Assembly (NCBI GenBank): GCA_951406725.2
Contig: OX597815.1
Span: forward strand, 30,256,001 to 30,320,000
Reading direction: 5' to 3'
Length of the DNA: 64,000 nt
DNA from: Octopus vulgaris
Taxonomy: Eukaryota
A program made the translations under genes and the position numbers. The notes below the pieces were generated by a model. The model was not told the DNA's origin, did no database searches, and saw only the letters and a list, made by a program, of their open reading frames with translations. The stretch's first letter is position 1. Each line of letters begins with the position of its first letter. Below, piece by piece: positions 1-11,548 of this stretch.

Positions 1-404
1 GTGAGAATGCGATCGATAAAGCCGTTTTTGTCCTGCTTTTCTTCCGTCAGCCTGTACATAACTGCACCTTCCATTTTTTGTTGTTTTTGTACTGCTTAAT
101 GGCACATTTCTTTCCTGCCAAGCTTACTATTTAAACCATGTTTGCGTTCTCCTAGTCAACAGCCTTATCATTACTCTTCGGTTGCTTATTTGTGTGAATA
201 AAATCGTTTTTCTTTGGAATAGAAAAAAAGTCTATTTTTATTTCTTCTTTTGCTGGTGTCTCAAATTTAGGTTAAATCAGTGTTTCTCAAATGGGAGGCC
301 TATGGAATGGTCGGACAAGTTGTTTTCAGAAAATTTGGCTTAAATGTTTGACAACTCAGCACCGTCCATTGGACAGGGGGCATTTTGCTCGTATATATAT
401 ATAT

Positions 405-458
<54 letters not shown>

Positions 459-462
<4 letters not shown>

Positions 463-557
463 GATAATAAAGTAAGAGAACAAAACGAACCAGTGGTTTG
501 CGCGAGGTTATTCATCGTTTGTATTTGATATATATATTTTATATTTTTTTCGTAACA

Positions 558-607
<50 letters not shown>

Positions 608-712
608 AAATATGTTACGAAAAGAAAATATAAAATACACATCTCAAATAGCAAACGATGAATAACCTTCGCGCAAACCACTGGTTCGTTTTGTTCTCTT
701 ACTTTATTATCA
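459..712. repeat. ~105-bp inverted repeat arms (459-563 / 605-712) around a (TA)n spacer; probably a PLE-type terminal repeat plus its inverted copy
   Basis: atgataataaagtaagagaacaaaacgaaccagtggtttgcgcg...cgtaacatatttct is the near-exact reverse complement of agaaatatgttacg...cgcgcaaaccactggttcgttttgttctcttactttattatcat. Confidence 0.85.
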
Positions 713-856
713 TCTTATAATCATCACATAATAATAACCTTTATGACTCGTATTACTACCTCAGTCAATCTAAATGTATATATTTGTCACTACCTGTCGT
801 AAAGAGCCTTTTTCTATTTGCAATATGCATTTTCGTTGATTTTTCATATTTTACCC

Positions 857-907
<51 letters not shown>

Positions 908-911
<4 letters not shown>

Positions 912-1172
912 ATAAAAATATTAGGGAATAAATCCAAATTTACAGGGAAAAAATCAGATTTAGGATTAAATCCAATTTTATAGTAAAATATTATATAATA
1001 TTAATTCGAGACATAAATTAAAACTGATTAGAAGATCGGAAATCCACCTGACGAATGTCATTTGAAGACATGAAACGAATGTAGTGGCGGTTTATTTATT
1101 TTATATTAAAATTTTTATGTATTGACTAAGTCTTTCCTTGTTTGTTTTGCAAAATAGTGGTTTTGTCTCGAA

Positions 1173-1183
<11 letters not shown>
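908..1183 (+). mobile_element. Penelope-like element terminal-repeat (pLTR) remnant between (TA)n arrays, carrying a hammerhead motif
   Basis: Flanked by (TA)n on both sides; short inverted repeat tataatattaattcgagaca / tgtctcgaattaatattata; hammerhead at 1044-1087. PLE assignment inferred from the hammerhead type. Confidence 0.55.
1044..1087 (+). ncRNA. Minimal type-I hammerhead ribozyme, canonical core
   Basis: CCAC-CUGACGA-AUGUC-auuugaa-GACAU-GAA-ACGAAUGU-A-GUGG: stem I CCAC/GUGG, stem II AUGUC/GACAU, cleavage triplet GUA (cut after 1083). Confidence 0.85.
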
Positions 1184-1227
<44 letters not shown>

Positions 1228-2001
1228 CTAACACGAATTAATCGAAGTAGCAAGTGGCATGTATTTGAATAACATAGACAAATACCATACAGCAAATACC
1301 ATACAGCAAAAGTTCCTGATTTATTAGCATTATCTCTTGAGAAGGGGAGATAATCTCATGAAAATTACCTAGGCCATTACTCTTTCCTACACTGTTTTGT
1401 AGTTGCTGGAGATGTAGGACAATTGTCATGCTGATCAAGGTTAAACACTTGTCCACAACTGTCCTCTTATCTCCAAACTATAAGCCTCTCCTTTTTTATA
1501 ATGACTCGTCAGTTTCCGAGAAATTATTGAATCTCGAGATTAGCACCCCTTCTCAAATAGATCTGGTTTCAACTGTCATTTGGTAATTATGACACATCCT
1601 CTGGAGATGGAGATAATTTCATGAAATCAAAATTTTTTATTGTGAGGTATTTGAGACACACGGATTTCTCTCTCTCTCTCTCTCTCTCTCTCCCACGCTC
1701 TCTCTCTCTCTCTCGCGCTCTCTCACTCACGCTCTCTCACTCACTCTCTCTCTCCTTACACGCATTCACATATGTATACATACACACACGTGTGCAAGCA
1801 CACAGACAGACACACACACGCACATTTATATATATACATGCAACATATTCGTGTATTCATCTTTTCACCAGTTATTGGATTGCAGCTTTGCAGATTCACT
1901 ATTTTTATGGGTTCAGTCGTGTATATAGACCCCACAAATTATTTTAAACCTAAGTTCTTATTTTATCAATATATTTATGTATATTTGTATGTATGTATCA
2001 A

Positions 2002-2137
<136 letters not shown>

Positions 2138-2379
2138 CGGGAAGCTTTATGAAAATAGACAAAAGACGAAGGCAGGTTTACGGAAATAAACAAAAGACGA
2201 ATATATATATATATATATAAATATTTGTATATACTAGTAAACACAAGAGTATTATTATGGGAACTATGGATGAATACAAAGCCCAGCATCACACACGGAC
2301 AATTCTAACCGGCCGTTTGAGCGTGAACCTCAATCAAAACAAGAAAGAATCGACCATGTCAAATTTCTATGTATGTATA

Positions 2380-2461
<82 letters not shown>

Positions 2462-2496
2462 AAATTATATGATTCTGTATAGAAGAATATATTAAT

Positions 2497-2759
2497 GAAA
2501 TTCCAACATAGTCTCATCTTCATGTTTTATTATTTACAATTTTTACAATTTTATAAACTCATGCGTTACGCAATCATCAGGTTTACGTAGTGACAGTCAT
2601 GTTCCACAAAAGGAACACAGCTGTCACTACATAAACCTGATGATTGTGTAACGTTTGAAAGTGCTAGCTTATTTCAATATTTAACCTTGTAAAATACAAC
2701 AATTGTAACATTTTAAAAATTGCAAATAACACGTGAAAATCAAACCAAGTTGGAATTTC
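2497..2759. mobile_element. Inverted pair of PLE-type terminal repeats with a degenerate hammerhead (2631-2672, +) and an inverted partial copy
   Basis: gttacgcaatcatcaggtttacgtagtgacag vs ctgtcactacataaacctgatgattgtgtaac; outer gaaattccaac/gttggaatttc; + strand AUAAAC-CUGAUGA-(stem II mutated)-GAA-AGUGCU-A-GCUUAU. Confidence 0.65.
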
Positions 2760-2785
2760 GTTGAGTAACATATATATATATATAT

Positions 2786-3020
2786 AGGGAGAGTTTACGA
2801 AAAAACAAAAGAATAAGACAGGTGGTGTACAAAACAAACAGATGTATTAGTATAACGCTCAGGAATAGAAAAAAGTCTTTTACGTTTCGAGCCTACGCTC
2901 TTCTACAGAAAGGGACTCAGAAAAAAACAAGGAGAGAAACAAATTGTGTGTAGTGGCTAACGATCTATCATGGCGACTAGTGCCGGACAGAAGGGTCAAA
3001 CACGAGGAGGAAAGTAGGGG
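2786..3020 (-). mobile_element. PLE-type terminal repeat fragment, same family as 26626-26838 and 2135-2200
   Basis: Shares gaagagcgtaggctcgaaacgtaaaagact, cctgagcg and the tail running into (TA)n with 26626-26838. Confidence 0.6.
2875..2916 (-). ncRNA. Hammerhead-like motif with variant core CUGUAGA
   Basis: Minus strand CUUU-CUGUAGA-A-GAGC-guag-GCUC-GAA-ACGU-A-AAAG; palindromic ACGU stem III. Confidence 0.6.
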
Positions 3021-3021
3021 A

Positions 3022-3214
3022 TAAGGGTTTAGCTACAAGTTGCTTTACCACATACTGAAAATTTAGAAATAGCAATCAAAAGACAGCTAATTCTTTTCAC
3101 TATAAATATGACTCCACGGACAGGGTATATTTGTACTGAAAAGAATTAGCTGTCTTTTGGCTACTATTTCTAAATTTTCGGTATGCGGTGAAGCAACTTG
3201 TTGCTAAACCCTTA
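3022..3214. repeat. ~78-bp-arm inverted repeat (foldback)
   Basis: aagggtttagctacaagttgcttt...gacagctaattcttttca vs tgaaaagaattagctgtc...gcaacttgttgctaaaccctta. Confidence 0.85.
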
Positions 3215-3351
3215 ATTATATTTATGATTATATATAAACAAACTTTTGGTACTAGATTTTACCGATAATGGTGTTTATTTCCATACCGAAACTGCTTGGT
3301 AAAATTTATTAATTATTAAATTAACAATTCTTTACCCTATATCTTTAATGA

Positions 3352-3399
<48 letters not shown>

Positions 3400-3917
3400 A
3401 CATACACATGCATATATATTTGAGTGTGTGAGCACGATGGACTGTATGTGCGTGTGTGCGTGCGTCTCTGTGTGTTGTATACTTGTGCATTACGGTCTTC
3501 CATATTTTTGCTATCTACAGAATATCACTGAAGGCATTCATCGACTCAAAGGTGTAGTGTAAGATACTTGTCCAAGAAACTAAACAGCGAGGCCAGCACA
3601 GATCCTTAGAGCTACAAAGTAAACTGTTATCCATTGATCCATTCCTGCATCTATTCACTAATATATTTTATTTGATTTAGAATCCACAGTTACTATATCC
3701 AGTGTTACGGTGACCGCAGATCTATCCGTAGATTTCAAATCTATTTATAAAAACTTTTCATTAATATGGGAGCAAGCATATAGTATAGTAAGATAACAGG
3801 GTAAGGCCGCTAGTAGGAGGTTCAGAAGGTAAAGGAGGAAGATGAAATGCTGTAACTGAATAAGTTAAGGGAAGTTAAGAGAAGTTAAATGAAGTTACAA
3901 GCAAGACAAGCACAGTA

Positions 3918-4502
3918 TTCTTTTCTACTCTAGGCACAAGGAAGGAAATTTTGGGGGGCCGGGGCCAGTCGATTAAATCGATGCCAGTACGTAACTGACA
4001 CTTAATTTATCGACTCCGAAAGGATGAAAGGCAAAGTCGGCCTCAGCGGAATAACACAGATGAAATACCTCTAATCATTTCGCCCGGTGTGCTAACGTTT
4101 CTTATTTCCTTATTGCCCATAAAGGGCTAAACATAGAGGGGACAAACGGATTAAGTCGATTACATCGACCCCAGTGCGTAACTGGAACTTAATTTATCGA
4201 CCCCGAAAGGATGAAAGGCAAAGTTGACTCGGCGGAATTTGAACTCAGAACGTAACGGCAGACGAAATACCTATTTCTTTACTACCCACAAGGGGCTAAA
4301 CACAGAGAGGACAAACAAGGACAGACAAACGGATTAAGTCGATTATATCGACACCAGTGCGTAACTGGTACTTAATTTATCGACCCCGAAAGGATGACAG
4401 GCAAAGTCGACCTCGGCGGAATTTGAACTCAGAACGTAGCGGCAGACGATATACCGCTCAGCATTTTGCCCGGCGTGCTAAAATTTCTGCCAGCTCACCT
4501 CC
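3918..4502 (-). mobile_element. tRNA-derived SINE family A, composite trimer, with 17-bp TSD
   Basis: Head with A-box-like tggcagaa and B-box-like gagttcaaat; three tandem units containing ctttcatcctttcggggtcgataaattaagtaccag; TSD aagacaa(g/a)cacagtatt at 3903-3919 and 4505-4521. Confidence 0.9.
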
Positions 4503-5422
4503 TTAAGACAAACACAGTATTACCAACGTAGCCATGCAGTAGTAGAATAATTTTGTAGATGGATTATGACTTCGATTACGTTCCGTAGTTAAAACTATTT
4601 AGTTCTTGACGTCAAGTAGAAAAATATTATTTCAATAAGAATTATAGCTTTATAGAAAACAACATCACTATAGCTTGTGATATTGTCTTCTAAGTACTAC
4701 AAATTGAATATTATCTATACAAACCTTTACACGATCTAAAGAATTAAATGTTTTAATAAATAGAATTTCTATAGGTGTTATATATTTTATGGTTCTCTAT
4801 AAATTTCCAGCGATTTTACAATTTTCAAAATAACTATCACAAATATAGGGTAAAGAATTATACATTTAATAATTAATAAATTTTACCAAGTAGTTTCACT
4901 ATGAAAAAAATACATTATCGGTAACTTTAGTTAAATTGCATATATATATGCCACGAAAATAAGCGTGAATATTTCACGGAAATGCACTTATTCGCGTGCA
5001 CTAAGTGATAGGTCATATAAAACACTTAGTTCAATACTTTAAAAAATACTCTTTTCACTATCCAATCACCACCACCACAACCTTCACCACCATCTCCTCT
5101 ATCTTCACCACCACCATCATCACCATCATTATCTTTATCTCCCATCTCTCTTACCCTCCCATATTGTCTGTATATGTATATATACTGCTGGTGTATATGA
5201 ATATACAGACAAAAAGCAAGTTTCTCTATTCGACCACATTGATTTTGCAGTGGAATGAGTTCAATTTATTAAACTCATAAAAAGTAGAATTTTCAGAAAA
5301 AATAAAATGATAATGAATGAGAAATGAAGGAAAAAAATAATGAAAATAAACTGAAAATATTAATGAAAATAAATATGAAAGATAATATGCAAGGGCGTAT
5401 ATATACAAATATACATACTTGC

Positions 5423-5555
<133 letters not shown>

Positions 5556-6202
5556 ATATATATATATCCTCCTATATATCCTATATATATATATATATAT
5601 CAATATGTGTGTGCGCATATATAAATATAAATGTATAAATATCTTATAATAATTGTGCTTGTCATTGCATTACTAAGCCCGTCGGTAACACTTTCATGTG
5701 ATTAGAGAAAAAAAGGTAGAAATAATAGAAGAGAGAGAATCGTCCATAACGTGAGGTAGAGGGAATGTAATTGTTACGCTTTCACGCGATTAGTTGAAAG
5801 GAAAGAGAGGAGAAAGAAAAAGGAGAGAGAATAGAGGATAAGGCGAAGAGTGACACAGACATACAGAGAGAAAAAGCAAAAGAGGGAGAGAGAAGCATCC
5901 ATGGCATGAGGTAATATTTATGACGTGGTTAAAAAGGTTGAGGAGGGGAGTTAAAAATATAATTTCAGCTGAGGGGTGATGTTCTGATGGTGAACAAAGA
6001 GAGAGGTGAGAGATAGAGGAGAGAGAGATGGGGAGTTTAAGTACAATAAAAAAGCTGGGAATCCTGAAAATTAATACCACATTTTTAGATCGTCGCAGAG
6101 AATTAATTACGTATGCCTAGAAATGTGAAGTCACCAACTAAAAAGAACATTAGAAATATTTATAAAGATGTTTCATACCCACCAACACTGTATATACATA
6201 TA

Positions 6203-6587
6203 GTGGAGGCGCAATGGCCCAGTGGTTAGGGCAGCGGACTCGCGGTCATAGGATCGCGGTTTCGATTCCCAGACCGGACGTTGCGAGTGTTTATTGAGCG
6301 AAAACATCTAAAGCTCCACGAGGCTCCGGCAGGGGATGGTGGTGATCCCTGCTGTACTCTTTCACCACAACTTTCTCTCACTCTTACTTCCTGTTTCTGT
6401 TGTACCTGTATTTCAAAGGGCCGGCCTTGTCACTCTCTGTGTCACGCTGAATATTCCCGAGAACTACGTTAAGGGTACACGTGTCTGTGGAGTGCTCAGC
6501 CACTAACGCGTTAATTTCACGAGCAGGCTGTTCCGTTGATTCGGATCAACCGGAACCCTCATCGTCGTAACCGACGGAGTGCTTCCA
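6203..6587 (+). mobile_element. tRNA-derived SINE family B, full length (~385 bp)
   Basis: tRNA-like head (tggcccagtggttagg A-box, ggtttcgattccc B-box); near-identical copies at 15968, 30915, 37054 and 56864; two hairpins at the 3' end. Confidence 0.9.
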
Positions 6588-6639
6588 TATATATATATAT
6601 ATATACATATATTATCTTTAATGATAGTTTTTAATTTAG

Positions 6640-6803
6640 AGCGGCGAACTTGCAGAATCGTTCTGAGTCCAAAGTCCGCCGAGGACAGCTTTCCTTTTCA
6701 TCCTTTCGAGTTCAGTAAATTAAGTACCAGTTGAGCACTGAGGTCAATGTAATCGACCTACACCGTCTCCCGGAATTGTTTGTCTTGTGTCAAAATTTGA
6801 AAC
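6640..6803 (+). mobile_element. Degenerate SINE family A copy
   Basis: gcggcgaacttgcagaatcgtt...ttttcatcctttcgag...aagtaccagttgagcactgaggtc. Confidence 0.7.
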
Positions 6804-7789
6804 TAATACAATTTATTTTTAATTGTTGTGATTTATTTAATTTCATTCTATTTTCATTTTCATTCACTGTGAAACATTTCCTATTAGAATTTTATTCTAC
6901 CTAACGGAATGAATATGACCTCAAACCATTGATATATTAATTGTGAACTTATAGAGAGACACTGTAGATTCAAAATAGGTGAGTCAGAAATACACCCATT
7001 GAATATATATTTCCTTTACAAATCTTTACATATGTATTTTCTGTTTTCTATTTCCTACTCCCTGTTCCCTTTCCAATAGGCAACGTCCGGGGAGAGTAAA
7101 TTGAATTGAAATAATCGTCTCTTTCTACATGCACAAAGAAACTGAAAACTCGTATTACAATTAACATATAAATATACAGACGCATGTATCATATATAAGA
7201 CTAAACTGGTACATTTATATTGGTAGATGTTTGCATGTGAGTGCGTGTGTGGATGTATGTGTGAGTATAAATGTGTGTGTGTGTGTGTCTTTTGTTTGTG
7301 CATGTGAGCGAGCCTGAAAGAATTGCAGTATATAACACGCTACACTATACAACAAACTCCTACAATTACTGTATTTATAGTAACTCACGTTTAAGTGGTG
7401 TATTTATTAAATAATATTTATCTGGCACTGGGGAATACTTTTATACTGATTCCATCAATAACAGAACAACAGACTATATATATATATATACGATTTGAGA
7501 TCAAGAAAGAGTACAATTTCCCAAGATGCTAATAGGATCGTATAGGGTTCTTTTGTGGTAGGAAGTGAAATTCTTAACCAAACGCAGGCCACATATATGC
7601 TTACATACATCTGGTACTTACATGAATATATGTGTGCGCGTGTGTGTGTATATGTATGCACATGTTTGTATGCGTGTGTGTGTACGCGTGCATGCGTGTC
7701 TGTGTATGTTTGTGTGTGCGCGCGTGTGGGGTTCATGTAAAGAACTCCAAAGGGACAATCCATGCATTAGAAACACCCCTTCTCACGTA

Positions 7790-8285
7790 CAAATGCATTT
7801 TTTATTTACTGACTACTTCCAGAATGGTCACACCATCAATGAAGAACTATATTCCAGCTTTCTTGGGCAGTTACGAAAGGCTATAAAAAAATAAAAACCC
7901 AATAAAACTGACTGAAGGGTTTTTTTTTTCATCAGGACAATGCTTCAGCATCACAAGTACTTCGTTTCAAGGGCCGCTGTGCGTGACTGTAGTTGATCAC
8001 CCTCCCCATTTTCCTGATTCGGCCCCATTCACACGATCATCTGTTCGCCAACAGGAAAAAAACACTTGGCTGGTAACAAGTATGGGTGTACTGATGACGT
8101 CATATCTGCTGTTGATGACTTCTTTTGTCCAACAGGATAAAACCTTCATCACCAATGGGATGCAATCGTTGCAACACTGATGGAAGAAATGCGTGGGCTG
8201 CAAGGGAGACTATGTTGAAAAATGAATCTCATTTGGTCATATTCCATGAAAGTAACTTGGTCAACCTATGAACTTTTCAGCCGAC
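7790..8285 (+). mobile_element. Mariner transposon 3' fragment (pseudogenised transposase plus 3' end)
   Basis: Frameshifted translation DYFQNGHTINEELY..FHQDNASAH..DHPPHFPDSAP..WKKCVGCKGDYVEK* matches the mariner HQDNA, YSPDLAP and GDYVEK motifs. Confidence 0.85.
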
Positions 8286-8799
8286 ATTGATCAGTTTGTG
8301 TCTGCTTGTTTCAAAAATTAAAAAGAAATTATTTTACAACTTACGGTTTCTTCACAAAATCAATCATTGCAGTTTACCATTATCCCGAATTTGACTATTG
8401 TTTATTATTCCTATAAATTGTCATTTTGAAATAGATTATAACAGAATAACTAATGGGTTTAACTTTGAAAAATAAGCAGCTGGCAACGTTTAGACTGCTT
8501 CAGCTACACAGGGAGATACCTGCATCTCTTAGATTCAGTCATTCACAAGCAATCTGGAAATAACGACTCGCTTTACTCGGTTACGTTGCTTAGGTTAAAA
8601 CATGACTTTTTTTCCAGTTATTTCCTCATACCCACTTTTTAATGTGCATATGGTAAACGCATTGTTGTATTGTATCCTTTATTACAACTCAATGCTTCTT
8701 TAATCATAATATGTATGAATTTCGATAGTAAATCAAATATAAATTGTTAAAAATGTTCCCTTCCCTTTTCGTTACAGAATTCCACGGCATTTGAAGCAA

Positions 8800-10830
8800 G
8801 AATGACTTCTAGAACTTGTGCAGCAATCTCGAATAACTTTTATTACGATTGGGGCAACTTTGTGACTAAAAGATGGCAGAGAGATATGTCTGAATTTGTC
8901 AACAAATCTTACTGTGCTTACTTTTGTGTGAAATTCGAGACCAAGATAAGAAATAGACCCATGTTAATGTCTGCTCAGTTTGTGTTGAAGAAGTAAGACA
9001 ATGGATAAAGTGTACAAAGAAGTCTACTCGTTTTCAGGTTCCAATGATATGGATAGAGCCAAAATCTACAGTGATGACTGCTATTGTTTTACATGCAAGA
9101 TGCAGGGGAACAATTCGAAGGGCTAGAAAAAAAAAACATTGTTTATCTAAATCTCCCCGCTGCATTGCGACCTGTTGTCTATGGACCAGGCGTTCCAGCT
9201 TAGTCACCATCAGGAAACCTTGAAAAGTTTACACTTAAGTTCTGAGTCAAAAGGCAGAAATAACAATGAGGCGGTGAGCTGACAGAAACGTTAGCAGGCC
9301 GGGTGAAATGCTTAGCGGTATTTCGTCTGCCGCTTCGTTCTGAGTTCAAATTCCGCCGAGGTCAACTTTGCCTTTCATCCTTTCGAGTTCGATTAAATAA
9401 GTACCAGTTATGCACTGGGGTCGATATAATCGACTTAATCCATTTGCCTGTCCTTGTTTGTCCTCTCTGTGTTTAAGCCCTTGTGTGTAGTAAAGAAATA
9501 GGTATTTCGTCTCCCGTTACGTTCTGAGTTCAAATTCCACCGAAGTAGACTTTGCCTTTCATCCTTTCGGGGTCGATAAATTAAGTACCAGTTACGCACT
9601 GGGGTCAATGTAATCGACTTAATCCCTTTGTCTGTCCTTGTTTGTCCCCTCTATGTTTAGCCCCTTGTGGGCAATAAAGAAATAAGAAATAACAATGAGG
9701 ATGAGGATTTTAATGGCAGAGAAGGTGAAAAACATCAAGCATTCAACCAGTGCAAATTAATTTAATTTAAGTAGCGAGGGAGTTAGGGCTTGTAAAGGAG
9801 TCTGCATGAGTTTTAGGATCCAGACTTAAATCCAAAAATGTGTTAGCTCCACATGCATCATTCTATTGGTATGTAACCACGAAAAAGAATTCGTTCCTTA
9901 TTTCGTTCAAGAAAATGATTTGGTTTCTTGCACAAATGCATCAGGACTAACAGGAAAGTTTGGTATAAGTTACAGCCCTGATGTACGGAGATTCTCTATT
10001 GACTCTTCAAAGAGAAGTCTTAAAGCTGTTCGACTTCATAATAGTAATAGATATGATTCCACTCCTGTTGGACACTCAGTGGTCATTAAAGAAGCTTATG
10101 AAAATTCGGCGTCACTCTCACACGAGATTAAATTCTAAGGTCACAACTAGATGATTTGCGGCGACTTGAAAATAATCTGCATGTTGCTTGGACAAGAGTG
10201 AAGCGTCCTTGCTTCGCCATTGGTCTAAAAAAAGAAAGATCAAGTAAGGACACGTTTAGACCAGGAACAAAGAATATCCTTCAAGAAAGTTTGGCGGATT
10301 TAAAGAGTTTTTTGCCCCCATTAAATATAAAACTCCTGAAGCAAATCATTGAAGCTTTGCCACAGGATGAAGAGGGCTCCAAGTATTTGTGTAACAAGTT
10401 TCCTGCTCCATCAGACACCAGAACTGAAAATGGGTATATATTGGACCAGATATAAGGAAATTTGTCAAGGACGAAAATTTTGAAACTCTCTTAGTGATTC
10501 CGATAATGATGCAAGGATTAGTTTTAAAAATGCGATGAAGAACTTCTTGGACAATCACAAGGACCCAGACTACAAAGACAGTTTGAAGAATGCTGGAAAA
10601 GTTCGAAGCTTTAGGAAGTAAAATGACCATTAAAGTTAATTTCCTACATACCCATTCGGATTTCTTTCTGGAAAATCTGGGGTATATGTGTGAAATGTAT
10701 AAAAGAGATGGAAAAAATATATCAGGGAAGGTGGAATGTCAGTATGATTGCCAACTACTAAAGGATATTGCATCGTGAGCAACCATCGAATGGTGACAAG
10801 CGAAAGAGTGCTAGGCTAATTCTCCAAGTG
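8800..10830 (+). mobile_element. Decayed Chapaev3-like (CMC/Transib-RAG-related) DNA transposon transposase
   Basis: Broken-frame motifs PMIW.EP..YSDDCYC, IDSSKRSLKAV.LHN, ICGDLK...MLLGQ, LPPLNIKL, FL.NHK, MTIKVNFLHTH.DFF.ENLG, YQGRW..SMIANY; family name from recalled motif similarity. Confidence 0.65.
9270..9684 (+). mobile_element. SINE family A dimer inserted in the Chapaev3-like element
   Basis: Two tandem units; TSD agaaataacaatgag at 9256-9270 and 9685-9699. Confidence 0.9.
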
Positions 10831-11004
10831 AAAAAGAAGAGATTTTCATGTGTTGAACCTAAAAAAATGAAAGGAGCCCTTATAAAAATCTATTTTCTCA
10901 ACTCTCAATTGCATTTGTGTCATCTTAATTTGCTAAATAAAGTACCAAATTCATTTTTATTACCAAATGCATATAAGAGATCATATATGCATTACAGATT
11001 CAAT

Positions 11005-11290
11005 GTTTGGAGCAAAGGAAATGAGCAAAGGACAGAGACTTTCCTTTACAAGCTTCAGTTCCCATTGATCTAACGAAAGCCTTTGATACGGTGAACCGAA
11101 ATGCACTGCAGAAAATTTTGGAAAATTTGAAATACCTACCCTTCTTCATATGTTTGTCCTACTACACACCAATATAAATTGCGACATCAACTTCAATTAT
11201 GTTCTGTTCGAACCGATTCCAATGGACAATGTTGTTAAACAGAAGGTAAATCCGTACCAAATCTGGATCCTGTATACTTTACAAATGTCA
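11005..11290 (+). mobile_element. RTE-clade LINE reverse transcriptase fragment
   Basis: IDLTKAFDTVNRNALQKILE...LH......EPIP.DNVVKQ resembles RTE RT domains 3-4. Confidence 0.7.
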
Positions 11291-11517
11291 TTGCTTATGC
11301 ATTTATGGACTAAAGTCCGTAAATGGAGTCTGTGTTATTATGCATAGTTTCAACGTTACATCCTCCATAGGAGTCCACGTTGTTGCAAGGATCCGGGTTT
11401 CAGGTCGTCTGCATCCCATCTCTTCCCGTCTCGGAAGCCCTGTGGACAGGTCACTGCTTTTCTTCATAACAAACGCACACAGGAAACTCCACCTCCGCCA
11501 CACACAATACGTACGTA

Positions 11518-11548
<31 letters not shown>

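Noticed and set aside
1336-1556. Degenerate inverted repeat ttgagaagggg..taatctc / gagatta..ccccttctcaa
   Set aside because: Short and imperfect; cannot be assigned to an element
3918-4502. Regularly spaced repeats resembling a CRISPR array
   Set aside because: Units are ~180-bp SINE multimers with no unique spacers, in eukaryotic context
6203-6278. tRNA-like sequence (also at 21754, 25618, 47999)
   Set aside because: SINE heads with imperfect cloverleaves continuing into SINE bodies; not tRNA genes
6281-6472. Recurrent ORFs MVVIPAVLFHH... / ..GDGGDPCCTLSPQ.. in five places
   Set aside because: Incidental frames within SINE family B copies
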